Assembly: GCA_002269645.1 (NCBI GenBank) | Contig: NIVC01002066.1 | Location: 62,001 to 126,000 of the forward strand | Length of the DNA: 64,000 bases | From: Macrostomum lignano | Lineage: Eukaryota | Direction of reading: 5' to 3' | In this document: positions 38,501-55,854 of the stretch, one piece after another | Layout: each line of letters begins with the position of its first letter | Numbering within the stretch: position 1 is the first letter of the stretch | Position numbers and translations under genes: made by a program | Notes under the pieces: generated by a model | Seen by the model: the letters and a program-made list of their open reading frames with translations, nothing else | Database searches by the model: none | What the model was told of the DNA's origin: nothing

Positions 38501-39444
38501 GCGACAGCCTGATAGACTCCAAGGCTGAGAATAGTGCTGAGTTCTCGAACCGGTGATTCGCTTGAGTCCAACCGCGCCAGAAGGTCCTGAGGTGCAGGTG
38601 ATTCGCTGCACAGGTGATTGAGGATGCGCCGACAGACTGACCGATTGACCGTAATGTTGACTGTGATAAAACGGATTGTTTTTGAGACGAAATGGGCTGT
38701 AGTTTACTTAGTTCCCTTACACTTAACCGTATTTTTTGCGGTAATGGTGTTTTGAAGCCCCAGTTTTTGTGGTTTAATTTCTTTTTTTGTTCGATTTTTG
38801 TCGAGAAATTCAACACACGAAAGTCTTTCGATTTTCGTACCTGAAGTCGTTTTGCTTGTTTTTCTTTCTTTGAAGTGTTTCGTTACAATACTATTTGTAC
38901 CAGCTACTAAAATACCTCCAAAATGGAGCTGATACGTTTAATATTGTTACTAATACAGACTCCTATTATTAATACCTATATTATTATAATTGCATTTATT
39001 TTTAGCTTCTGATCATATTTCATTGTGTCCAGTCATATCCTATCGTCCTATTGTATGATACTTCAACGAAACCGCAAAAAATAATTTATTCTTAGAAGCG
39101 TTTCTCAATATATCGACAGCAATTCGATGAACCTAAGAATCGCATTTTGTGAAGTGCGCATGCGCTCGAAGTGCCACTGGCAGCCGCGCAAGGGACACGC
39201 AAGAAAGCAATTTTGCAGCTGGGCTGAATTGATCCGCAGTGTCTGTTTATCAGAACACAGGACGACTGAGCCTGCCTCTGATTGAATCTGGGATATCATA
39301 ACTGTAATTAATTGAATCTCCTTTATACACACTGCCGGAGCGTCAGCTTCATCCAGAGAAGCTGGGATAACGAAACTAGCCCAGTTTATAGAAATTCGGG
39401 TAGAATGGATGTGCTTTTTCGCGATTTCCCCTATTCCATTACAC

Positions 39445-39925
39445 TACAAAACTCTACTCTACTCTAATCAGATCTAGTCTACCCTACTCTACTCTATTCC
39501 ACCCTAATTTACCCTAATCTACTCTACCCTACTCTACCCAATCTTACCCTACTCTAATCTACTCTACCCTACTCTACCCAATCTTACCCTACTCTAATCT
39601 ACTCTACCCTACCTTATTCTACTCCACCCTATGAGCGTATTCGATTCTACACAATTCTACACTACTGTACCCTACTCCACTCTACTCTACTTTACTTTAA
39701 TCTACTCTACTATAATCTACTCTACTCTACTCTACTCTACTCTACTCTACTCTACTCTACTCTACTCTACTCTACTCTACTCTACTCTACTAATCTACTC
39801 TACTCTACTCTACTCTACTCTACTCTACTCTACTCTACTCTACTCTACTCTACTCTACTCTACTCTACTCTACTCTAATATACTCTACTCTACTCTACTC
39901 TACTCTACTCTACTCTACTCCTCAC
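39445..39925. repeat. (CTACT)n microsatellite
   Basis: Direct reading. Confidence 0.95.
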
Positions 39926-40085
39926 AAACCATTCCAGATTTTAAAGCCACAACTTATCTTGACTAGATGATATCTCCTGTTTTGTATCATTAAACCAGTG
40001 TCTGATTCAACGCCAGATTGCCAGAATCAATTCCATTCGAATCAAATTTCAATTTCAATTCAGCCGTGCAAATTAATTCCCTCAC

Positions 40086-40243
40086 CTGACAAAGCTCCAC
40101 CTGAGCGAATCCGGCTGTGCCAGGCTGATGTTGAGCAGGATGCAGAACAGGTGCACCAGGCTGCCCAGCTCCGCTGTCTGAGTTGCATTTGGTCGGAGCT
40201 CGAGAACTCCAGCTGCTGATGATGCTGCCAACGGCTGCTCCAT
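40086..40243 (-). CDS. Upstream exon of the Ig-domain gene (N-terminal half of the Ig domain)
   Basis: MEQPLAASSAAGVLELRPNATQTAELGSLVHLFCILLNISLAQPDSLRWSFV covers the A'-B-C strands with Cys and Trp, then a GTGAGG donor (phase 2). The start and any intervening exon(s) are not resolved. Confidence 0.65.
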
Positions 40244-40454
40244 TGGATTTGCGCTGTGCTGTCTCTGACGTGTTGCAACTCGGTGCTTCTTCGATGTTGG
40301 CTTGAGTGACAGGCCAGTTCGTGAGATTATTTTGCGATATTAGCTATCTGCTTCCGGCTGCCGCAGCTGGTGCGACTGGCATTGGATAAAACTCCACTGG
40401 CCAATCAGAGGGGAAGCCGGTTTAAATCATTGCGAATGCCCCTGTTAATCGCCA

Positions 40455-40885
40455 TGGCCTCTCCTCCCGCTCCCTCTCCAGATCTCTCTCCTCTCTCCTC
40501 TCTTCTCTTCCTCTCCTCTCCTATCTCCTCTCCTATCTCCTCTCTTCTATTCCTCTCCTATCTCCTCTCCTATCTCCTCTCCAATCCCCTCTTCTCTCTG
40601 CTCTCCTCTCTCCTCTCCTCTCTCCTCTCTTCTCTTCCTCTCCTATCCTCTCTCCTATCCCCTCTCCTCTCTTCTCTCCTCTCTCCTCTCCTATCTCCTC
40701 TCCTATCTCCTCTCCTACCTCCTCTCCTCTTCTCTCCTATCTCCTATCTCCTCTCTTATCTACTGTCTCATCTCTACTCTCTTCTCTCCTCTCCTCTTTT
40801 CTCTCCTTTCCTTCGTCTATTTCTCCTTTTCTCCTCTCTCCTCTTCGCTCCTATCTTCTCCCTTCTCATCTCTCCTATCTGGTCT
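40455..40885. repeat. (CTCCT/CTCCTAT)n low-complexity tract
   Basis: Direct reading. Confidence 0.9.
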
Positions 40886-41474
40886 TCATTGAATGGCTTT
40901 AATAATAGAAAATATATCTATACATAGATAGATAGACTTCCTGATTTCACGACTGCAACCTCAGTCAGCCCCATGTCAAATACTCGTAATTCTTCCCCTC
41001 TCCCGGCTTCCAAAATCCCCAATATTTTTCGATCAATTTTACCCTCACAATGAGGTCATTTGGATCACTCAGTTCCGCTTTCTAGTCGCCAGTCAGTCGA
41101 GGTCACTGGGGTTTCGGAACGGCTGCTGCCGCCAACGTTTGAGTGGCTTGGAAGCCGCCAGAACTCGAAGGGTTTCAGCGGTCAGCGCTGCTGGATTGCG
41201 TGTCACATCATGATTCACTTGATTGCTTGGCAGGCTTTCAAAAATGGAATTTTGTATATACTCGTAATTGCATTTAATTGGCTTGGGGAAATGCATGGTT
41301 TAAAGAAGTATACTACTACTATCAAATAAGTAGTAAAGCGTCGACATTCCTGCAGAACCAACTTTTGTAAGAAAAATCAAATTAAAAGCGTCCTTAATAT
41401 GTTCATCTCATGACAATTCATGTAGCTCGTAAGACTTTCCAATCATGCACGGCCTAATAGTTTCTCAAAAACCA

Positions 41475-41730
41475 TCCCACAAACTTCCCAATCTACAAAC
41501 TTCCCAATTCACAAACTTCCCAATCTACAAACTTCCCAATTCACAAGCTTTATAATCTACAAACCTTCCAATCCACAAACTTCCCAATCCATAAACTTCC
41601 CAATCCACAAACTTCCCAATTCACAAACTTCCCAATCCACAAACTTCCCAATCCCCAAAATTCCCAATCCATAAACTTCCCAATCCACAAACTTCTTAAT
41701 CCACAAACTTCCCTAGCTACAAACTCCCCC
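41475..41730. repeat. 16-bp tandem repeat (acaaacttcccaatcc)n
   Basis: Direct reading; located upstream of ABCH copy A. Confidence 0.9.
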
Positions 41731-41982
41731 AACTCAAAGCTTATTTATCCCTAAACTTCCACATGAGCAGTATTTTCAAATAAGCCAATCTCAAATTTTC
41801 GCAGAGGACAAAATTAAATGACTTTGCTAAATATTTCTGAGAGCAGCCATGCCATAGACAAAGGATGAGGATTGTTGCAATATCTGAACTGATAAAATTC
41901 TGAGCACTCAATTAGCGTTCAATCTGTCTGGCACACAGCTGGGATCAATTGTAAAACATCTTACATTCTCTGCTATCTCGCA

Positions 41983-44900
41983 ATGGCTGATGAAAACCAA
42001 TCGTTAAACACACTGGATTCAGCAATTCAGGTGACTTCGCTGCACAAAGGTTACGGCAGGCAGGCCGTAATTAGCGACCTGTCGCTTCAGGTGCCCTTGG
42101 GAAAAATGTAAGTAAAATACCTTGGCTTAACTTCTGAGTCAAATGTTTAGGAATACCTCAACCAGTGTTGACGGTAAAAATGAATGTGGCCGCTTTTGGA
42201 TTCGAACCCAGGCGCCGTAGGCGAGAGCCAGGCGCATTTTACCGCTGAGCTGCCCTGCCCCAAGTCGCAGACTCACAAATTGCTCTTCATCATTCGAATC
42301 TGTTTCGAAACCATATTATTAAATTGAGAAAACCTTAGTGGAGTTTCATTTTACAATCTGTCCAGCTACGGCCTGCTGGGTCCCAGCGGCTGCGGCAAGA
42401 CGACGCTTCTTAAGTGCATCGTGGGCCGTCTGAGACCGGACTCGGGCCTCATCCGGGTCATGGGTCAGCAGCCAGGGAAGCTGGGCCACAAGGTGCCGGG
42501 CAGCCTCATCGGCTACATGCCGCAGGACCTGGCGCTGTACCAGGAGTTCACCATCTCCGAGACGCTGTTCTACTTTGGCAGAATCTTCGGCATGGACTCG
42601 GCTGAGATCAAAGCAAGGGTTGACTTTCTGGTAAATCTGCTCAAGCTGCCCTGCAAGGACAAGCTGATTTACCGACTCAGGTGAGGAATTGGGGAAGCAG
42701 TGATGCAGCTCGGAATTCGTGTCCAGCATTCACCCTCACGAGATTCACGTGGCGCAGCAACTCCATTACAGCGGCGGTCAGCAGCGCAGAGTTTCGTTCG
42801 CTTGCGCCCTGCTGCACGAGCCGCCTCTGCTGATCCTGGATGAGCCAACTGTGGGAGTGGACCCTCTGCTCAGGCAGTGGTGAGTGCCGGTGTGTGAGCA
42901 TGGGTGAGGAGCCTCTGCTCAGGCAGTGGTGAGTGCCGGTGTGTGAGCATGGGTGAGGAGCCTCTGCTCAGGCAGTGGTGAGTGCCGGTGTGTGAGCATG
43001 GGTGAGGAGCCTCTGCTCAGGCAGTGGTGAGTGCCGGTGTGTGAGCATGGGTGAGGAGCCTCTGCTCAGGCAGTGGTGAGTGCCGGTGTGTGAGCATGGG
43101 TGAGGAGCCTCTGCTCAGGCAGTGGTGAGTGCCGGTCCGTGAGTGGCTAGACCTTGCAAATCTTTAGTGGATAGAATGCCTTCCATAAATTCAGTGCCTA
43201 AAAAATACCTACTTGTCTCTTCCTTAAAAACCGCCTTGCAGCATTTGGCATCATTTAAAAACTATAGTCAGCAATGCCCAGAAGCCCACATCAGTGGTCA
43301 TCACAACGCACTACATTGAAGAGGCTCGCGAAGGCCACATGGTGGCGCTGATGCGAGATGGCAAACTTCTGGCCGAGTCAAGTCCGGAGAGTTTGCTCAG
43401 CTTCTACAATGAGACGGTAAGGTTCAATTACTCTTCAAAGTTTTCGGAAGCATCATGTTTCTGAAGCTGAATCTACCTATCGCTGATACGCAGAGTCTCG
43501 AAGCCGTCTTCTTGAAGCTTTGCCATCGAGACAAATCGAAAGTGGCCGACGACAGCAGCCTTCCGAGCCTGGCAAATGTGGATGATGCGAAGCAGCCAAT
43601 CGAAGCTGAAACTGAAGATGACAATGCGAAGAAGGAATCGCCGGATCCGGGATCTCAGTACTCACTGGACTCAGCCAATTCACAGAAACAGAGCCAGCAG
43701 GCGCAGGAAGGTCAACCGGACGCGGTGAAATACGTTGAGCCTGTCTCGTTCTCCGAGTCGCTGCGAGCTTTTGTGCAACCGCCGAGTGCTCGTAGAATCG
43801 GTGCTGTGGTGATCAAGGATGTCACCAACATGCGCAGACGCATCGGGTTCCTGCTGTTCGAGTTTAGCCTCCCTGTAGTGCAGATCGTGCTGTTCTGTCT
43901 GTGCATCGGGCGAGACCCCAACGGACTGCGACTGGCGATCGTCAACCAGGATGCCACTGGAGACCTCGGCAAGGATCTGGTGGCCTCACTCGATACTTAC
44001 ACAGTAAAAAAGGTCTGTAGGACTCCTTGTGAAAGTCAGAACATTTGCCGTATTTAAATTACCTGTTTTCTAACAGAAATCGTTTCTTTTGATTTACTGA
44101 ACTTTCGAGCTCAAGAAGTTTCGAACTTGTAAAGTTGTCTTTGACGAAGTTTGAAAGGGCCTGCCAACTTAAGCTCGTAAAGTGGAGCCCGAGTAACCGA
44201 TGTACAAAAAATGATACGTCATTCTGCTTACAAAGGCACTAGAAAGCTGGGTTTGGCAAAGTGACGAAAATTGGGCTTGGGATAGGGGAAAACAAGCAAG
44301 GGGATTTAGAGACTCTACTTTTTGAGCTTAGGTTGACAATCCTTTTGAGCCTGTCAGCTCATAACTCATTTAATATTTTCAAAAATTTCTGAAACTTGAA
44401 ACCTAATAAAAACTGCCTCAAGTAGTTTGAACTAAGCAGTAGGGGTTAGGTACTTCTAAAACAGTAAAAATCACTCCATCAAGTAACAACTTCTCTGCAA
44501 ATTTGCGCTCTCAACCTCCTCCCTCAGCTGCCGCATACTGACTTGGAGCAGGCGAAAGCTTTGGTGCAGCGAGCCGGAGCCTGGGGAGTGCTTTTCCTGG
44601 AGCCCAACTTTACTCAAAGCCTGACTAAACGGTTCACCAAGGCTGGCACTCTCAGCAACAGAAGCATCCGTCAGGGCAGCGTGCACATGTTAATGGACGA
44701 TAGCAGCTACCAGGTTAGCGCGGTGCTCAAACAGTGCATACTAAGCGCCTTCGAGAAAGTCCTTGGCGACGTTATGGAGAAGATGCAGCTGCACAGGAAG
44801 ATGGCGCGAATCCCGATTGAGTATCATCCGCCACTGCTCGGATACGAGGATCCAACATTCACCGAGTTCATGGCACCGGGCATCATCATCACCATTCTGT

Positions 44901-46663
44901 TCTTCTTGTCCACCGGACTCACAGCTGTCACCTTTGTTGTACAACGTAAAGAGGGCCTCCTCGATCGAAGTCTCGTGGCCGGAGTTACCTTCTTGGAGCT
45001 GATGCTGGGTCACGTGCTCACGGAGTTGATCATCATGTCTGGTACGAATTTCGCGCTATTCTACCGTATGCAAATCCAGCTGAAATGAAGTGGCTTTGTA
45101 TTTCTAACTCAGCTCTACTCAATAGGCGCATCAAGTTTTACTATCTAGCCAAGCTTGCTTGTTAGAATTGCAAGGACCACAAACCCGTTTGCAGGTCAAA
45201 CCGCACTGTTGCTGGTGCTGTCTCTTCTGGCATTCTCCATCAGGTGCAACGGCTCTGTGGCCTTGGTGATCCTGCTGTCTCTGTGCTGCGGCTTCAGTGG
45301 CATGTCGCTGGGCCTCCTCATCTCCGTGCTGTGCACCGATGAGAACTCGGCGATGCAGGCCGCTCTGGGCACCATGTACCCCTGCCTGTTGCTCAGCGGC
45401 ATCATGTGGCCGACTGAGGCCATGCCCGTGGCGCTCTGGTACATGAGCAGGGCCTTGCCAACCACCCTGTTGGCTGAGTCTATGCGTTCGGTGATCAGCC
45501 GAGGTGAGTGAGACTACAGTGGGAGCAGAATACATTCTCACAATAATTTAGAGCTCTCTGTGCACCAAAATTAGTCTGTGACTTGTCATTTTGTATCGTA
45601 TATTTTCGTATCGTATTGTGTCGTGTCGTATCGTGTTGTGTCGTGTCGTTTCGTGTAGTGTCGTATCGTATCGTGTTGTGTCGTGTCGTTTCGTGGTGTT
45701 TCGTGTCATGGTTTTTTCGTTTCGTGTCGTATCGTGTCGTGTCTTGTATTGTGTCGTGTCGTATCGTGTCGTGTCGTATCGTGTCGTGTCGTGTCGAATC
45801 GTGTTGTGTCGTATCATATCGTGACGTGTCATGTATTGTGTCGTGTTGTTTTGTGGTGTTTCGTGTCATGGTTTTTTGTGTCGTGTCGTATCGTGTCATG
45901 TATTGTGTCGTGTCGTATCGTATCGTGCCGTGTCGTTTCATTTGTATCGTGTCGTGTCGTATCGTGTTGTGTCGTGTCGTATCGTGTTGTGTCGTGTCGT
46001 TTCGTGGTGTTTCGTGTCATGGTTTTTTTCGTGTCGTGTCGTATCGTATCGTGTCATGTATTGTGTCGTGTCGTATCGTGTCGTACCGTGTCGTTTCATT
46101 TGTATCGTGTCGTGCCGTGTCGTTTCATTTGTATCGTGTCGTACCGTGTCGTTTCATTTGTATCGTGTCGTGCCGTGTCGTTTCATTTGTATCGTGTCGT
46201 ACCGTGTCGTTTCATTTGTATCGTGTCGTGCCGTGTCGTTTCATTTGTATCGTGTCGTGTCGGATCCTGTTGGGTCGTGTCGTATTCTGTTGTGTCGTGT
46301 CGTTTCGTGGTGTCTCGTGTCGTGGTTTTTTCGTGTCATGTCGTATTGTGTGGATTTCCGCGCTCAGGGGTCAGCGAAATTGACTGCTTAACCGTTTTTC
46401 TGGCTGCGCTGCGGTTGTCGACTGTCGCCAAATTGATTTGCGGGAAGTCCAAACCACCGGTTAAAAATCTAAATGAAGAATGAGACTGATACCTGACACA
46501 CCAAGCTTTATTTTTTGAGAATCGCGTCAAAAAACTTAAAAACTCGCACGCAGGCTTCGGCATGTCGGCAACATCCGTGTGGCTCGGGTTCGTGTCGGCT
46601 TCTGGCTGGTCCGTGTTCCTGCTGCTGGCGGCACTGCTGCTCATCAAGCTCAGAGGCATCTAG
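41983..46663 (+). CDS. ABCH: ABC half-transporter, ABCH-type (NBD-TMD), copy A, 724 aa
   Basis: Exons 41983-42107, 42366-42680, 42772-42879, 43242-43416, 43494-44012, 44528-45041, 45195-45503, 46554-46663 (2175 nt, all GT-AG, phases consistent). Motifs: Walker [57 protein letters not shown]-like [10 protein letters not shown]. Confidence 0.92.
42180..42260 (-). mobile_element. tRNA-like SINE head or pseudo-tRNA in ABCH-A intron 1
   Basis: The reverse complement ggggcagggcagctcagcggtaaaatgcg...cctgggttcgaatcc has A and B boxes but no proper cloverleaf. Confidence 0.55.
42863..43137 (+). repeat. 49-bp tandem array repeating the exon-3 splice donor (6 donor copies)
   Basis: Unit cctctgctcaggcagtg|gtgagtgccggtgtgtgagcatgggtgaggag. 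Confidence 0.95.
45590..46350. repeat. (GTGTC/GTATC)n microsatellite in ABCH-A intron 7
   Basis: Direct reading. Confidence 0.95.
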
Positions 46664-46934
46664 GTTGTGGCGACAAGATTGAAAAAATGATGGATTTATT
46701 TGATGAACCAATTTTTGCTTTCCCTGAACGCTGATGGTTTGGCTATACTAAATGTATGTTCGCAAAATATCATATGCTAAATGTACAACGAACAATTACG
46801 GTACCTGTAGATGCTCATGGTGAATGACAATTGTATGCCCTGGTTTCTTGGTACCTCTGTCAGCTCTACAACTTTGCAGAGACACCACTCAGCGAACCCC
46901 CTGTTTTTAGCTTGCCAACTGCTCTCTGCTACTC

Positions 46935-47240
46935 ACCACACTTTATCACTTAACCCACCACCCCACTCTCTGCCCCTCGCCACACTTTATCACTTAACCC
47001 ACCACCCCACTCTCTGCCCCTCGCCACAGTTTATCACTTAACCCACCACCCCACTCTCTGCCCCTCGTCACATTTTTTCACTTAACCCACCAGGCCACCA
47101 CCCCACTCTCTGCCCCTCGCCACAGTTTATCACTTAACCCACCACCCCACTCTCTGCCCCTCGCCACAGTTTATCACTTAACCCACCACCCCACTCTCTG
47201 CCCCTCGCCACAGTTTATCACTTAACCCACCACGCTACTC
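46935..47240. repeat. 44-bp tandem repeat, ~6.5 copies, between the ABCH 3' ends
   Basis: Unit cacagtttatcacttaacccaccaccccactctctgcccctcgc. Confidence 0.9.
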
Positions 47241-47999
47241 TCATCCCCTCACTACTTTATAGCTTTACAAATTTTCTAACTGGACATAACGAGCGGATAA
47301 GATAAATTCAAAATACCACCAGCTGCATCGCTATAAACCGCACCTGTACTCGTATGCATAATTTGGACGTTTTTTCTAAAATTTCAATGATTTTTGTAGA
47401 AAATTTTTGATAATTAAATTGATAAAAATTTAGCCAAGGAACAACCTAACTAATGAACGAATAAAATTGAAATACGAACTTAATACCGCTATCAGTTATT
47501 CATATAAATGACTCGATTAAGGCTTAGTAGCAGGTAGAAACACTGCGCTATAATTACGAGCTATTCGGAGCTTAATTAAGTTTAAACTCAGATCAATACG
47601 AGCTATTGTTGGTTGCTTTACTAGGTAGCTCGTAATCCATAGTCAGGAGTGTTTTTTAATTTTAAGTTTAACCACAGTTATAGTTTTCCAGAAGTAGGTA
47701 GCTATTATATGTACATAATAGTACATCCATACAGTCGCTTGTTACCATCGCATTTAAAATTTATAAAGATAAGTACGAGTAGTTACGAATGTACAAGATA
47801 ATGGATAAAAATCGTTTGAATACGCGCCAAAATAGCGTGACAAAAGCTGGAATAACAAACGCCGGGTTCTGAAAAGGACACACCCCGTACATTGTGCGCT
47901 AAAAATACAGCAAATATTAACAATTGGTACAAGTGGTACAAGTTCTTCTCCAAGATCGGCTCAACAAGTCAGTCAGTCTGATTAGGATGGGACACTGCA

Positions 48000-52557
<4,558 letters not shown>

Positions 52558-54419
52558 GGTGTTGACTGACATCGGCTGTTGTGTCTGTCTTTAGTCACCT
52601 AATTAATTGCTTCAAGAACGGCAGTGTCCGATTGGCAGAGACCTGATCAATCGAGCTGCACGAATTGTTCAAATTTGTTTCCTTTAAATAGCCGCAAATT
52701 GACGGCAGATGCGTCACAAAATGAGTTCGGGTGGAGGCTACCAAAACTATTTGCAGCATTGAGAAGTGGTTCGTGCGCAGATCGATTTGAAAGCGCATGC
52801 ATAATCAGTAGGTGCAAATAGAAGACACGGAAAGGCTCGCGGTTTCGAGTTGCAGTACGAATTGCGCAGTAAACTTAATTTCTATCGACTAGCTATTCAT
52901 ACTTCGGCATTGACCAGGTGCAAAAGTAGAGATTATATAATTGTAAGAAAGAATCAAGCTATAACTCATCAATTTAGAATTTGGCATTTTGCTTTACGAG
53001 ATCTAATTATCCTGCTCTTATGACGCTTCTTATGACGCAACTTGGACTTACCTGCGAGACCAGTATGAAGTTCAAGCGCAGAGCCACATCAACTGAAACT
53101 TTCTGTAAAAACTGCACCAAAGTGTCTGCGCACCTGACTAAATTTAGATAATTTAGTTACTCCTGTAGAAAATCTACCACAAATTAGTAGCATAGAATCC
53201 TATAGGAAATATGCTAAAAATTACGACTTGTATTGTTCTAAATTTTATAAACTGTAGAGCTCACTACTGTAGACCTAATTTTATTTAGAATAAAATATTT
53301 GCACAAATATTTCACCCAAGAATGACTGGGGAAATGGCCCGGGATATTTGCAACATCAATTGCGATCACAAACTAAATATCAAAAACATATTCGTGTGAA
53401 GATTATAAAATCCAAATGTAGTTTCATTGCCAAAATTATACTTTACGAGCTAATAAGGAAAGCAGAAATTTTCGTTATATTCAAGGGGAAAACTAGCAAC
53501 AACTGGAAGGAATTTGTTTTTAAAGTTACAAAATATACATGGGGAAATGGGGAAATCAAATGACCCCTGTCATCACCAAATATGTACATGATTGTGACAG
53601 GTGTTCGATCAAATACTTCATGCTTGCATTGAGAAAGTCGATTTTCAATCTATATTAATGCTCATGTATGAGCTAAAAACGGATAAAGGAGGCATAAGTT
53701 CTCAAAAAACATGTGGTACACCCGAGCGAGTGAGAGCTGAAAAAAATACTAATTTGCGCTGTTTGTGAGATGAAATCAGCTGCTTTTCTTTGTGACCCTG
53801 CAAGGTACAAATGTAGCGGTTTTGATGTTTCCTACTGTATTGGGTTTTTCCTACATTTTTAAGGTCGAAGCGTTCATAGCTGATATGCGTAAACATGTAC
53901 CATGTGTGTAACGGATTCCGATCTATTATCAAGGACTACACTAAAGTAGAAGGACGCAACACTCGAAATCTATATACTCGTAAAATGTTTTGAAGGCCAC
54001 TTTTCCAAACATCACTTTTGAATGGATGCACTTGGAAATGTCTTCTTCGATGGGACCTTCGAAGTTTATTCCGCTTTAAGATAAAATAGCATCCGGGGCT
54101 TTGGCTTAACTTAAGTTCCTTTTATTTTCCATTTCTTAAGGCAACCCATTTTTACGACAAGGTATGCATGCCTTACTATCTCAAATTAGTTACGTGCCTT
54201 CAACTTTATTTCTAACTCTTCGAAGGGTTCGATTTAGCCGTGTTGAATCTGTAAACAGTATAAAAAATTTTTAATTGCAAAGCGTTAGTATCCAGCAAAG
54301 TATTTATTTAAAGTGGCCTTCAAAACTTTTTCCTTTGAAACTTGAGTGTCGCATACTGTATATAACGTTGATTTAGTTGACTGACTAAGCAAGGAAATAA
54401 ACAAGTTCACATGGGTCCT

Positions 54420-54620
54420 GCGTTGAGGAGCAGAGGAATGTTCGGCGGTGAACTTGTCTGACTCTCTGAACCCCGGTTTGATTCCTTCCTAGCTCGTAGC
54501 AGGAAACTTGACCCTGGGGTTGTCGTGCGGTTTACATGGCGATGAGGGTCTATACCAACCTAGCCCCGGAGCCCGGACGGACTTCAACATCAGAAATGTA
54601 CACATGTATACACTCTCTGC
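54420..54620 (+). mobile_element. Possible SINE-like element
   Basis: B-box-like ccggtttgattcc, with loose similarity to 37395-37570. Confidence 0.3.
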
Positions 54621-55854
54621 GCCTACGGTAGAGACAAACCTAATTGAGCTACTGGTGAGATATTCTGCACCCCCATATACTACTAAGTACTCCTCACTAT
54701 CGAATAATATGTTCTTTTCTCACATCAGACTCAAATAACTCGTAAATAAATACTTTTAACAGTATAGGAATACTAAACCATTTTCCGCCCGTCGGGTTAC
54801 CAAGGGAGATAGATTCCCCGCTGACAATACACTCAGCAACATCGGAAAGTCGTCATCACAGAAAATTTCGTCTGTAGTCGCCACTTTTGAGAGCGCAGGT
54901 AAAGTCTCTCAATCCTTTGCGAGTGACGCAACTCAGTTACGCCACGGCAGACTTGAGTTGAGGAATGAAGTGGGGGGAGCGGTGTGCGAGGGTTGGACGG
55001 ATTAAAGCTGTCCCGATCAGTTCTCTCGTATCTTTTACTTCATAATAGTCCATGAGAAACTGCTCACTGGCGCATAGAGTGGCGACTTTTCAGTGTTTCT
55101 GAGTATGTTTTTGCTGCGCCAAACACGAAGAAACGCAGGCACACGTAATGTGTTGCGCACCTTCTCGAACAAGAATCAAGTCGCCTGGCCACCGGAAAGT
55201 CGAAATATTCAACGATTTTGTAAGGTTTTTTGCCGACCAAGGCGCTAGTGTACACAATACACCCCTGTGCGTCAATCAGCACTGCGTCTCAGAGCAGCTT
55301 TGCCACGCCTCCAAATTTCATCATGACTTCATTGGTCACTGGCCATCACCCAGGCGGAGCTTCTGGACTTCAACAGGTGGCACCAGGTGACTATGAACAC
55401 CCTGTTGCGCATTTCTCCAGTTTCGCTATCAAACTTCAACAGTGGGCAAACCTACGCTCGTAACTGATGCACATCCACAGCCAGTCTCTCAAGCATTCCG
55501 TCATCACCCCGACGCCATCGACACCTTCAACAGGTGGCACCAGGTGACTATGGACACCCTGTTGGAAATTTAGAGGTGATGAGTGATGACAAAAAATCTC
55601 ACTAATAGTCTACTGTTTATATACTTAAAACAAAAAAGCAATAAAAATAACGAAACCACAAAAGTAAATGATCATATTATTATTTTATTCCAATTTGCAG
55701 CGCACAGAGTCGACTCAAATTTGAGCAGTGCCAGCGAAGGATGTCTCATTTATTCATTTTTACTAATCAAATTGCAGCTCTTGACAGCTCCAACAAAGCC
55801 TCAGCAAAGTCTCATTAATCAACACGATGACTGACTAACTGGCTCAGCAGGCCT

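Noticed and set aside
42180-42260. Functional tRNA gene
   Set aside because: A and B boxes are present, but acceptor and anticodon stems do not pair properly. Better explained as a SINE head.
45495-46483. ORFs of VVSCR / HDTTR repeats
   Set aside because: Microsatellite within ABCH-A intron 7.
55367-55565. ~40-bp direct repeat pair downstream of RPS6 as LTRs
   Set aside because: No TG..CA ends, PBS, PPT or TSD. Probably a local duplication.
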